Positions 1 to 8,606 of a stretch of 64,000 nt of DNA are shown in pieces. Both the position numbers and the translations under genes were made by a program. Under the pieces are notes generated by a model that made no database searches, was not told the origin of the DNA, and was given only the letters and a program-made list of their open reading frames with translations. The stretch's first letter is position 1, and every line of letters begins with the position of its first letter. The stretch is from a virus, in the IMG/VR virus record IMGVR_UViG_3300031963_000009, one strand, 5' to 3'.

Positions 1-55
1 CTACCACTACAAAATCACCTCCGCATATTGTTATCACAATGGTGAGATTGTAGAC

Positions 56-265
56 ATGTATTTCATCAATGGAATTCCTTTTACATTTGATGATATTCCT
101 TTAATTATGCAACAAGATCCTTATATTCAAATGGAAGCTGAAGATAATTATTCATACACATCTGAAGATATGTATAGGTGGTCTAATTATCTGATTGATG
201 AACTATGTCATCCACTTCTTTTCGAGGTGGCTCTAGAAAATCCAGAAGAAATGCCTAAAGACTAA
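56..265 (+). CDS. hypothetical phage protein
   Basis: 69-aa ORF; stop overlaps the next start (TAATG). Confidence 0.65.
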   Translation: MYFINGIPFTFDDIPLIMQQDPYIQMEAEDNYSYTSEDMYRWSNYLIDELCHPLLFEVALENPEEMPKD

Positions 266-837
266 TGAAGACTTTCAAACAATTCTGCACAGAAGCTTAT
301 CAAGTACAAGAACTATTTGGATTTGGTCAAAAACCAAAACCCAAACCAAATAAACAAGTTCTTGCTTATAAAAACTATCAACCAGGAGTACTTGATAAAT
401 CAACAGGAAAATTTACTCAAAGAGCTCATACTGGTGATGAACAAAAGAGATATGGATGGAAACCAGTGAATGTAAGTTCATATAGTAAGGCAGATACTCC
501 TGGATCACTAACCGCTAGTGGACATAAGTTTGATGACAAACAAAAATTAGTTGCAGTTCCTTATGCATCTAAAACTAGTTCCAAACCATCTACACCATTT
601 GGAACTAAACTTCACATGACTAGAGCTCCTGGAGTTACACCCGTTGCAAAAACTTCTGTCCAAGACACTGGAAATTTTGGGCCTGCAGGAGATTACAATA
701 AGAAAACTAGTTATGATCTTTCTCTTTCGACTGCAAGAGATGTGGTTGGAAAACCAAATATTACTGCACAACAGTTTGGTAAACAAAAAGTTTACGTTCG
801 TAATGAACCTCAAACGAAACCAACCAAGAAAAAATAA
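265..837 (+). CDS. RlpA-like (double-psi beta-barrel) lytic transglycosylase with N-terminal T4-type capsid-targeting sequence
   Basis: SSY..TASGHKF..PFGTKL..VQDTGNF..YDLS..FGKQKVYV matches the RlpA/DPBB pattern; N-terminus MKTFKQFCTEA. Confidence 0.65.
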   Translation: MKTFKQFCTEAYQVQELFGFGQKPKPKPNKQVLAYKNYQPGVLDKSTGKFTQRAHTGDEQKRYGWKPVNVSSYSKADTPGSLTASGHKFDDKQKLVAVPYASKTSSKPSTPFGTKLHMTRAPGVTPVAKTSVQDTGNFGPAGDYNKKTSYDLSLSTARDVVGKPNITAQQFGKQKVYVRNEPQTKPTKKK

Positions 838-850
838 TTCTAGATGGGGC

Positions 851-879
851 TTGACATCCCCAGTTCACTGCGGTAAACT
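851..879 (+). promoter_or_regulatory. sigma70-type promoter upstream of gp32
   Basis: TTGACA(851-856)-17 bp-TAAACT(874-879); the -35 sits in the loop of a short TGGGG/CCCCA stem. Confidence 0.7.
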
Positions 880-923
880 AAAGTCGTCCCAAAGGCCAAA
901 TACACTCAATACGGAGAATACAA

Positions 924-1853
924 ATGTCTTTTGCTGATCTCAAGAAACAGTCCCGCGCTGGTTCGCTGACTGAAAAACTGATCAAACAAGTTGAAAAACT
1001 GAATAGTGGAGAAGGTGGATCTGATGAACGTTTCTGGAAACCTGAAGTAGACAAAGCCGGAAATGGTTATGCAGTTATCCGATTCCTCCCCGCACCCGAA
1101 GGATGTGAACTTCCTTGGGCCCAAGTATGGAGTCATGCTTTCCAAGGTCCTGGTGGTTGGTACATCGAAAACTCTCTGACAACTCTGGGACAAAAAGATC
1201 CTGTGTCTGAACACAATCGTGTTCTGTGGAACTCTGGATCTGATCGTGATAAGGAGATTGCTCGGAAACAAAAACGCAAACTCTCTTATTACGCCAACAT
1301 CTATGTGGTGAGTGATCCTGCACACCCTGAGAACGAAGGTCGTGTATTCCTTTATAAATTCGGTAAGAAAATCTTTGACAAGATTACCGAAGCGATGCAA
1401 CCACAGTTTGCAGATGAGGAAGCTATTAATCCTTTCGACTTCTGGGCTGGTGCTAACTTCAAACTGAAGATCCGTAAGGTCGAAGGTTACTGGAACTATG
1501 ATAAGTCTGAGTTTGATCGTCCTTCTGCACTTTCGGATGATGATGACAAACTGGAACGCATCTACAAGAACCTGAACGATCTCAATGAGTTCAGTGACGC
1601 AAAGAACTTCAAGTCCTATGAAGAACTGAAGAAGCGCCTAGACTACACTCTGGGGGTTCGTGGTGTCCCTAAGAATCAAGACCCTGAAGTAGTTGCAGAA
1701 GAAGAAGAGTGGGAAGCCGAACGTCGTGGAGAACCTTCTCCTAAGCGGTCTACTCCTTCCTTTGAAATCTCTAAACCAGTGTCTCGTGATGAGGAAGATG
1801 ATGAAGATGCAGATGATGCTCTGAGTTACTTTCAAAAACTAGCTGAGAGCTGA
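924..1853 (+). CDS. gp32: single-stranded DNA-binding protein gp32
   Basis: MSFADLKK, DERFWK, AVIRFLP, HAFQGPGGWYIENSLTT, NFKLKI..VEGYWNYDKSEF, acidic C-tail. Confidence 0.97.
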   Translation: MSFADLKKQSRAGSLTEKLIKQVEKLNSGEGGSDERFWKPEVDKAGNGYAVIRFLPAPEGCELPWAQVWSHAFQGPGGWYIENSLTTLGQKDPVSEHNRVLWNSGSDRDKEIARKQKRKLSYYANIYVVSDPAHPENEGRVFLYKFGKKIFDKITEAMQPQFADEEAINPFDFWAGANFKLKIRKVEGYWNYDKSEFDRPSALSDDDDKLERIYKNLNDLNEFSDAKNFKSYEELKKRLDYTLGVRGVPKNQDPEVVAEEEEWEAERRGEPSPKRSTPSFEISKPVSRDEEDDEDADDALSYFQKLAES

Positions 1854-1864
1854 AAAATAGTCCG

Positions 1865-1904
1865 AAAAAAATTCCCTGGCTTTTTTGGAAGCCAGGGTTT
1901 TTTT
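1865..1904. terminator. bidirectional intrinsic terminator between convergent gp32 and gp53
   Basis: stem CCCTGGCTT/AAGCCAGGG (1874-1882/1889-1897) with an A-run before and a T-run after. Confidence 0.85.
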
Positions 1905-4227
1905 ATACTCCAGTAAATTTAGGATTATAAGTTCTCTTTAATTTAGATGAAACTACGTTTTCAGAATCTTTATTATACTTCATAATTTTCTTTAGATCAT
2001 CAATAATAGTAGAAATATATGATGGTTTTGGTACAATAATTAAAGTTTTTTCTTCGTTTAATCTTAATTCATATTCCAAATTCGTTATCGGTTTGGAAAT
2101 ACCACTACCATTTACACTAATTATATTCAATCCATCTAAGAATTGGAATGGTCTTGTGATTTGTTCTTGCCATGCGGTTCCATTCCATTTCCAAATTTTG
2201 TTATTTTGAGTGTAAGTTTCGTCAACTTCTACATTGAGAACCTGTTCTGGTGATATATCAAAAGTTATTGACGGAGGGTTATCATAATTTTCTCCTGGAG
2301 AAGTAATTGTAATTGCTGATATTTTTCCATCAACTACTGAAGCAATTCCTGTTGCTCTTGAATAAGTTGGTGCTTGAGCAATCGTGACCGTAGGTGCGAT
2401 AGTATAACCGAATCCAGCATTAGTAATATTGACAGACAATACAGATCCATCAACTACTGTAGCCGTTGCCGTTGCATTTACTGCTGGATATGGAGCACCA
2501 ATCGTTACCGATGGGGCTGTCGTGTATCCAAATCCAACTTCGGAAATAGTAATGGAATTAAGAGATCCATTAACTAAGTTTGCGGTTCCTTTAGCTCTGA
2601 CTTTTATGGAATATTCAAATATAGAATCTCCAGACCCACCAGATACCAATAAGTGTTCTACATCTGAACTTATAAATGCATCGGATGGATTTGGAATTCT
2701 ATCTCCAACATATAGGAAACTACTGAATGTTAAGGTTGTTAAGTCCCAGGAATTTAAATTAAATTCATATACTGTGGAGTTTGATAGTCCAGTTGCATAC
2801 ATTTTATTTCCACCATTCAAGAAAGAAAATCCAATAATCTCATTGTCTCCTGTTGGTGTTTCTATATTATATGAGGCTACGAAAGATTTCGTTGTAACGT
2901 TCCATGCCGATGATAATGTATATTCTTCAATGGAATCTGGGGAGTCCATGTTTAATGAATACATCCTAGAACCATCAGACTTGAATCTAACACCACCAGG
3001 AGCTGTCAATGAAGTTTGATTTACATATGTTGCTGTGGATATTGACCATGGTGTGGATAAATTATAAGCAGCAACAAAGAAATTACCACTAAGTCCACCA
3101 GTAACAAACATTTTAGTTCCATCTGGACTAAATTCTATTCCAGTACAATAACCGAATACTGCACTAACATCTAATTCATAAGATAAAGAAAGAGTTGTAA
3201 TATTCCAAGCTGTAGACAACGTAAATTCTTTAATTAGATTTGATCCTATAGTGCTTGCAGTATAGACTTTATATCCATCAGATTTTACATACATCCCTTC
3301 TATTTGATTTCCAACAGAAACTGGAGATTGTTCTCTGTAGATGGTATTTGAGATAAAGTTTTGTGGTAAACTGAAGGATACTGATGGGGGAGTTAATCCA
3401 TATCCACATCCAGAATTAGTAATTTCTACACTTACTACTGTACCTCCAGTGAATTCTGTTTGACCTAGAGAACTAACTCCTACTGCTTGGATTGAAGTTG
3501 GAGCCGTTGAAATGGATACTACAGGTACAGATTTATATCCAAATCCAGAAGTTAATGATGTAACAGAAGATACCCTAAAACTTTGAATTCCAACAGATGC
3601 TGACGCTGAACTTGTGATGGTGGGCTCTGAGAAGGTTAGTTTTGGTACTTGTTTATAACCAAAACCTTCTTCTATAATATCAATTTCTGTAACTCCACCA
3701 CTTTCTATAATGCATGAAGTAATTGCAACAACAGGATTTAAATAAATCGGAGGAAATGTGATTCCAGGAGGAGTTTCTGTGATTGTTTCATATTCTGGAG
3801 CATTATAAAATGTTTCATCTACAATTAAATCTTTTGGAAGTACAACTCTATTAAATGAATCTCTTAATTCTATAGTTTCATAGTGATGTATCTCCTGTAA
3901 TGCATCTTCAGTTCCATATTTACTGATTAAATAGTTATTAAACTCATTTACAGTTAATGGCCACTGATCGTAGTAATTGATAATATTATTTGAAACTAAG
4001 ATAACCCAATCAAGACCTGCATCTCCATATAGTTTTTCTGCTATTTGATCTGGTCTCTCTCCTTCAACAATAGTATAATATTCAAATCCAGCAAAAACTG
4101 ATATTAAATCTTCTCTTACTTTTACTCTTCTGAATATATTTTTTGCTAAAGTTGTTTCATCATTAGATTTCGTATTTGGAAATCTATTTACATATTCAAC
4201 GTTTGGTAGTTCTGTAAAGTATGCCAT
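1903..4227 (-). CDS. gp53: baseplate wedge protein gp53 with large internal insertion
   Basis: MAYFTELPN..KNIFRR..GERPDQIAEKLYG..WVIL..N..QWP N-terminus and NLEYELRLNEEK C-terminus; synteny with gp48/gp2/gp4. Confidence 0.88.
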   Translation of the reverse strand: MAYFTELPNVEYVNRFPNTKSNDETTLAKNIFRRVKVREDLISVFAGFEYYTIVEGERPDQIAEKLYGDAGLDWVILVSNNIINYYDQWPLTVNEFNNYLISKYGTEDALQEIHHYETIELRDSFNRVVLPKDLIVDETFYNAPEYETITETPPGITFPPIYLNPVVAITSCIIESGGVTEIDIIEEGFGYKQVPKLTFSEPTITSSASASVGIQSFRVSSVTSLTSGFGYKSVPVVSISTAPTSIQAVGVSSLGQTEFTGGTVVSVEITNSGCGYGLTPPSVSFSLPQNFISNTIYREQSPVSVGNQIEGMYVKSDGYKVYTASTIGSNLIKEFTLSTAWNITTLSLSYELDVSAVFGYCTGIEFSPDGTKMFVTGGLSGNFFVAAYNLSTPWSISTATYVNQTSLTAPGGVRFKSDGSRMYSLNMDSPDSIEEYTLSSAWNVTTKSFVASYNIETPTGDNEIIGFSFLNGGNKMYATGLSNSTVYEFNLNSWDLTTLTFSSFLYVGDRIPNPSDAFISSDVEHLLVSGGSGDSIFEYSIKVRAKGTANLVNGSLNSITISEVGFGYTTAPSVTIGAPYPAVNATATATVVDGSVLSVNITNAGFGYTIAPTVTIAQAPTYSRATGIASVVDGKISAITITSPGENYDNPPSITFDISPEQVLNVEVDETYTQNNKIWKWNGTAWQEQITRPFQFLDGLNIISVNGSGISKPITNLEYELRLNEEKTLIIVPKPSYISTIIDDLKKIMKYNKDSENVVSSKLKRTYNPKFTGV

Positions 4228-4228
4228 A

Positions 4229-5713
4229 TTAGTAACCTACTGCGTCGTTAGCAACTGGAGAAAGATCTGTTCTTTGTGAGTTGACTGTATCTTGATAATC
4301 GACATCATAAATTGGTTCAAGTTCTGCGAATTGTAGGGTTATTCTTGTAGAAACTGGTTGACCTTCATCATATGCAACCCAGAAACCATCTGGGGTATAA
4401 TCTGTTTGCATAGAAACCAACGCACAAGTCTTAAATCTACTGATTGCTTTATTTTCTCCAGTTGTTGTTTTAAATTCCAATTTGAATACATTTGGAGTTT
4501 TAAGAAAATAAGATGCTCCTCCTGCACCTCTACCAGATCTCTTTTTTGGTGACATTCCTTGTTTAAAGAATCTGAGTATTCTCCTAATCATCATCGCTTC
4601 ATCTCTACTTCTTGCTGTTAGTCTATAACTAACACCAAAAGATCTTAATTGGGGTCCGTTGAATAACAACTCTAAATTATTATTTGGAACAATTCCTGCA
4701 CCTCTAGCCAATATTGTTTCTATTTCAGTTCCAAATTGAGCCATTTGAAGAAGTTTTTGAACACCAATGGTTCCCATTAAACCTCTCCCTTCTGCTGTGG
4801 CACTTGCTTCGTTAAGGAGTTTACCATAAGCAAGTGTTTGACCTCCTGCGGATGCTCCAGATCCTGCTCCACCAGCAACACTGCCGCCCATCTTACTACT
4901 AATAAAAGCACCCAACCCAGCGCCAACTAAACCTGCTGCTGCATATTGTCCTGGATTTTTTATGACATCTGCCATCATTCCAGCACTAATATTATTCATT
5001 TGATCTGGACCCCATCCAACATCCTTGGTTTCGGAGATACTAGAAGGCATAGGAAAAGTTACAGTTCCTATAACTTTTTCTGGTCTAAAATCACTACCTC
5101 TCTGTAAACCATTTTGAATAATACTTGAAAAGTCTCCATTTAGAAGTTGATCTCCAGCTGGAGCAGCATACTCAAATTGACTTATAAAGAGAGTATCCTG
5201 TTTCCTGGAATTCATATCAATTGGATACTTCAATCCTTTGAAAAGTAATTTAGCTTCATTTCCAGCTCCATAGTCTTGATTTGCTATTTCTCTTATAGCT
5301 TCACTTGGGTTTATTAGTGCTCCAAATGCTGCTCCTATGTTTCCCGGACTTGTAGAATTACTCGAAACACTTTGACTTGGAGTTGATGTACTTTGACCCG
5401 GAGGTTGTCCTTGATTCTGTTGTTGGGCCCAAGCAGGTAGAACTAAACCAGCAGAAGTTCCACCTAAAGCCCTAAACGAAGTTCTTACAGAAGTTTGAAT
5501 ATTTTCGTGTATTGTTTGTTGTTCTTGTGAAGATATTGATAAAGAATTGACACTAGAAGAATTCCATTTACCATCCGTATAAATCGCTGGTGTCCCAGTG
5601 GCAGCATTTTGTTGAATGAGTTGTACTTCACCAGTACGTTTATTGTACTGTAAATTATAATTTACAGAATTTTTTGTAAAGTATGGTACTGGTGAAATAT
5701 TTTGATATGTCAC
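4229..5713 (-). CDS. gp48: baseplate tail-tube cap gp48
   Basis: LKYPIDM, FPMPSSI, NNNLELLFNGPQLRSF..LTARS..EA, KTPNVF.L, FKTCAL..DYTPDG, LQFAELEP. Confidence 0.9.
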   Translation of the reverse strand: MTYQNISPVPYFTKNSVNYNLQYNKRTGEVQLIQQNAATGTPAIYTDGKWNSSSVNSLSISSQEQQTIHENIQTSVRTSFRALGGTSAGLVLPAWAQQQNQGQPPGQSTSTPSQSVSSNSTSPGNIGAAFGALINPSEAIREIANQDYGAGNEAKLLFKGLKYPIDMNSRKQDTLFISQFEYAAPAGDQLLNGDFSSIIQNGLQRGSDFRPEKVIGTVTFPMPSSISETKDVGWGPDQMNNISAGMMADVIKNPGQYAAAGLVGAGLGAFISSKMGGSVAGGAGSGASAGGQTLAYGKLLNEASATAEGRGLMGTIGVQKLLQMAQFGTEIETILARGAGIVPNNNLELLFNGPQLRSFGVSYRLTARSRDEAMMIRRILRFFKQGMSPKKRSGRGAGGASYFLKTPNVFKLEFKTTTGENKAISRFKTCALVSMQTDYTPDGFWVAYDEGQPVSTRITLQFAELEPIYDVDYQDTVNSQRTDLSPVANDAVGY

Positions 5714-6241
5714 TTAAGGTTTACTCCAAGCTTTGTGATTTGGAAATGGTTGACCCCTTGTATCAACAAATTTTTCAGTTGGTAATATTGAAACGGAGGG
5801 CCAATCCTTTTCAGGAACTCTCAAAAATCCCCCTCCAACTCCAGAAAAAAAGTAACGATGAATGCTATTACGAGGTACACTTACGGTATCTGAATTATTT
5901 ATTAGGCTTTTTGCTATTCCTTCCCTATATTGCCTATTAATATAATGCAAATTTATTCCAATGAAATAATTTTTACTGTAACTTACTTCAGTAACATACG
6001 TCAATGGTTGAGTATCAAAAAATTTAAGTCCAGGAGTAGATGCTCCGTAGATAAAAAAATACATCTTACCAACTTCTATACCTCCTGTATCCATTTCATT
6101 AATATTAAATTGATCCAGTTCACCAAGATACTGTCTTAGTTGTCCAGTATACCAATCATTTTTTACATTTTTTCCTTTGGTTTTTTTAATGAGATCGTAT
6201 CCAAAACCTTTTCCAGGTTCGAACGTGCCATCGAAACTCAT
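5714..6241 (-). CDS. gp2: DNA end protector gp2-like
   Basis: FFDTQPL..FIGINLHY motif; position between gp48 and gp4. Confidence 0.75.
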   Translation of the reverse strand: MSFDGTFEPGKGFGYDLIKKTKGKNVKNDWYTGQLRQYLGELDQFNINEMDTGGIEVGKMYFFIYGASTPGLKFFDTQPLTYVTEVSYSKNYFIGINLHYINRQYREGIAKSLINNSDTVSVPRNSIHRYFFSGVGGGFLRVPEKDWPSVSILPTEKFVDTRGQPFPNHKAWSKP

Positions 6242-6675
6242 ATTCCTAAATCCTCCTCAGTCATGATTCGGAACTCATAATTACGATCTGCACAGAACTC
6301 TTTAGCTGCTTTCCATTTTGCTTGGTTTTTTACCCAAGTTTGAACTTTATATGCCCAAGATTTTGTCCTTCTTTTTGGATTTTGTTCTGGCATGTCTACT
6401 TCTTTTTTGGGTTTTATTTCTATAACTACTGTTCGTGTATTTCCACTCTTATCTTTATACTTTACAAAAAAATCTGGAAAATATCTATGAACTTTACCAT
6501 CAAGAGGGCAAAGATATGGAATCCAGAATTCTTCAGATTGCCATTGATTTACATTTTCATTTAAGTCACAATAACGCATGAATTTTCTTTCCCACAAAGA
6601 ACGATAAACAATATTTGTGGGATCACCTTTATACTTTTTTGGATTTTCTGGACGATATTTTCCTTTATAACTCAT
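6238..6675 (-). CDS. gp4: head completion nuclease gp4 (TnsA-like fold); start revised to MSYKG
   Basis: YKGKYRPENPKKYKGDPTNIVYRSLWERKFM..HRYFPDF..IEIKP..KNQAKW. Confidence 0.95.
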   Translation of the reverse strand: MSYKGKYRPENPKKYKGDPTNIVYRSLWERKFMRYCDLNENVNQWQSEEFWIPYLCPLDGKVHRYFPDFFVKYKDKSGNTRTVVIEIKPKKEVDMPEQNPKRRTKSWAYKVQTWVKNQAKWKAAKEFCADRNYEFRIMTEEDLGI

Positions 6676-6700
6676 ATACATACTATAGATCCTTAAGAAA

Positions 6701-6708
6701 TATTTATA
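6701..6708 (-). promoter_or_regulatory. T4-type late promoter for the gp4-gp2-gp48-gp53 operon
   Basis: TATAAATA on the minus strand about 25 nt upstream of the gp4 start. Confidence 0.8.
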
Positions 6709-6709
6709 G

Positions 6710-7651
6710 ATGGCTGAGCCATTTAGGCCTGATTTCCCAGGTAATCCATATAGAGTTGATCCCATCTATCTTAGGATGACTCTACCAAGAAACACTAGAG
6801 ATAGTAGAAGTTCTCTTCCTAGTGTTCAAGATCTTTTTGGTGAATTATCAGTTACTAGTCAATTTAAGATCACTCTTTGGTTTGGAGAAAACGTATCTAC
6901 CGTTGAGTCGGACTCAAATTTAAATTCTTGGTTAGTTTCTTGTGGGATTTTTGACAAGAGTTTAAGTTCACTTCAATATGAATTCATGTGTCATAATGCT
7001 ATTCTTCCAGGTTCAACCTTATCCACTTTAGAAGAATCTGGAAGTAGACAAGGAGTTATGGAAAGATTTCCAATAATGAGACAATTTCCAGAACTTACTT
7101 TAGATTTTTATGTTGATGCGGATTATGGAGTTATTCGTTTATTTGAAGAGTGGATTAATTTTATAAATCCTCTTCATACTGTAAACGGTAAATCTATCAG
7201 AGGATCTTCCAGAGGAAGTACAAGTGATGAAGTAAGTTTTGATGATGAAAATTTCTATAGAATGAGGTATCCGAACACCTATAAAAGAAAAATATCAATA
7301 ACTAAATTTGAGAGAAATGTACAGTTTGATAGCTATGGGAATCTTTTAGAGTCCCCATCAATGTTAACGTATCAGTTTTTAAATGCTTTTCCAGTGAATT
7401 TAACTGCATTACCAGTTTCTTATGAAGGAAGTACAGTAACAAAGACAAGTGTTACTTTTAACTATGATCGATATGTTGTCTTAAAACACAATGGAACTGG
7501 ATCACCTGACTATGAACAAAAAGTAACTTCTAGTGGTCAACAAATATTGTCTGCTACAAATAACGGTAGTGGAAGTCAATCCGGACAATCTATTCAAAAT
7601 TCTACCAATAATTTACCAACTCCAACAGGTAATACAAGATCTACTACATAA
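6710..7651 (+). CDS. tail tube / tube-initiator protein (gp54/gp19 family)
   Basis: ILPGSTL..ERFP..LTLDFYVD.DY..LFEEWINFI, YQFLNAFP..V.YEGS..TSVTFNYDRY; synteny. Confidence 0.75.
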   Translation: MAEPFRPDFPGNPYRVDPIYLRMTLPRNTRDSRSSLPSVQDLFGELSVTSQFKITLWFGENVSTVESDSNLNSWLVSCGIFDKSLSSLQYEFMCHNAILPGSTLSTLEESGSRQGVMERFPIMRQFPELTLDFYVDADYGVIRLFEEWINFINPLHTVNGKSIRGSSRGSTSDEVSFDDENFYRMRYPNTYKRKISITKFERNVQFDSYGNLLESPSMLTYQFLNAFPVNLTALPVSYEGSTVTKTSVTFNYDRYVVLKHNGTGSPDYEQKVTSSGQQILSATNNGSGSQSGQSIQNSTNNLPTPTGNTRSTT

Positions 7652-7657
7652 CCCGCA

Positions 7658-7664
7658 CTAAATA
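7658..7664 (+). promoter_or_regulatory. late promoter upstream of gp26
   Basis: CTAAATA 26 nt before the start codon. Confidence 0.7.
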
Positions 7665-7689
7665 ATTTTATCTGAATTTATAATATTCA

Positions 7690-8418
7690 ATGCCATTACC
7701 AAAGATTTCTACACCAACTTATGAACTTGAGTTGCCTTCTACTGGAAAATCTATAAAATATAGACCATTCCTCGTTAAAGAAGAAAAAATTCTTATCTTA
7801 GCTCTTGAAAGTCAAGATATTAAACAAATCACACTTGCTATTAAACAAGTACTAAAAGATTGTATTATAACAAAAGGAATTAAAATAGAAGATCTACCTT
7901 CTTTCGATATTGAATACATTTTCTTAAATGTTCGTGGAAAATCTGTTGGAGAGGCCATAGATCTGGTTGTAACTTGTTCCGATGATGGTACTACAGAAGT
8001 CCCAGTTAAAGTGTACGTTGATGAAATCAATGTACAAAAAGACTCTGAACATACTTCGGAAATTAAACTAGATGATGATATTGTTGTAAAAATGAAATAT
8101 CCATCACTAGATCAATTCATTAAAAATAACTTTGATTTCAGTGTACAAGAATCTGCAAGTACAATTGATAAGTCTTTTGATATTATTTCATCTTGTATTG
8201 AAGCTATTTTTACTGCAGAAGAATCTTGGGCTGCTTCAGATTGTACGAAGAAAGAACTTGTTGAGTTTATAGAGAGTATGAATTCATCTCAGTTTAAGAA
8301 AATTGAACAGTTTTTTGAGACAATGCCTAAATTATCTCATACTTTTACTGTAAAAAATCCGAAGACTGGAGTAGAAAATACGGTTACGTTGGAGGGTTTA
8401 ACCAGTTTTTTCGGTTGA
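7690..8418 (+). CDS. gp26: baseplate hub subunit gp26
   Basis: MPLPKI..YELELPSTGK.IKYRPFLVKEEKIL..FDIEYIFLN.RGKSVGE..LEGLTSFFG. Confidence 0.93.
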   Translation: MPLPKISTPTYELELPSTGKSIKYRPFLVKEEKILILALESQDIKQITLAIKQVLKDCIITKGIKIEDLPSFDIEYIFLNVRGKSVGEAIDLVVTCSDDGTTEVPVKVYVDEINVQKDSEHTSEIKLDDDIVVKMKYPSLDQFIKNNFDFSVQESASTIDKSFDIISSCIEAIFTAEESWAASDCTKKELVEFIESMNSSQFKKIEQFFETMPKLSHTFTVKNPKTGVENTVTLEGLTSFFG

Positions 8419-8606
8419 CAATGGCTCACATTGATTTGGAAGCCTATTATCGTATTAATTTTGCTCTCATGCAGTTCCATAAATACTCTTTGACTGAGGT
8501 TGAAAATTTAATGCCTTGGGAAAGAGATATCTATCTTGCCCTATTGAAACAACATATTGAAGAAGAAAACTTAAAGGCACAACAGGCGGCAAATCGTGGC
8601 AATTAA
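8415..8606 (+). CDS. gp51: baseplate hub assembly catalyst gp51
   Basis: YYRINFALMQFHKYSLTEVENLMPWERDIY. Confidence 0.9.
   Translation: MTMAHIDLEAYYRINFALMQFHKYSLTEVENLMPWERDIYLALLKQHIEEENLKAQQAANRGN

Noticed and set aside
2374-3019. Plus-strand ORFs opposite gp53 (including the 196-aa one)
   Set aside because: Antisense shadows of a Ser/Thr/Gly-rich gene with biased codons; no motifs, SD or promoter
6676-6765. N-terminal extension of gp4 in the ORF track
   Set aside because: Overlaps the divergent gene and the TATAAATA late promoter; the conserved start is MSYKG
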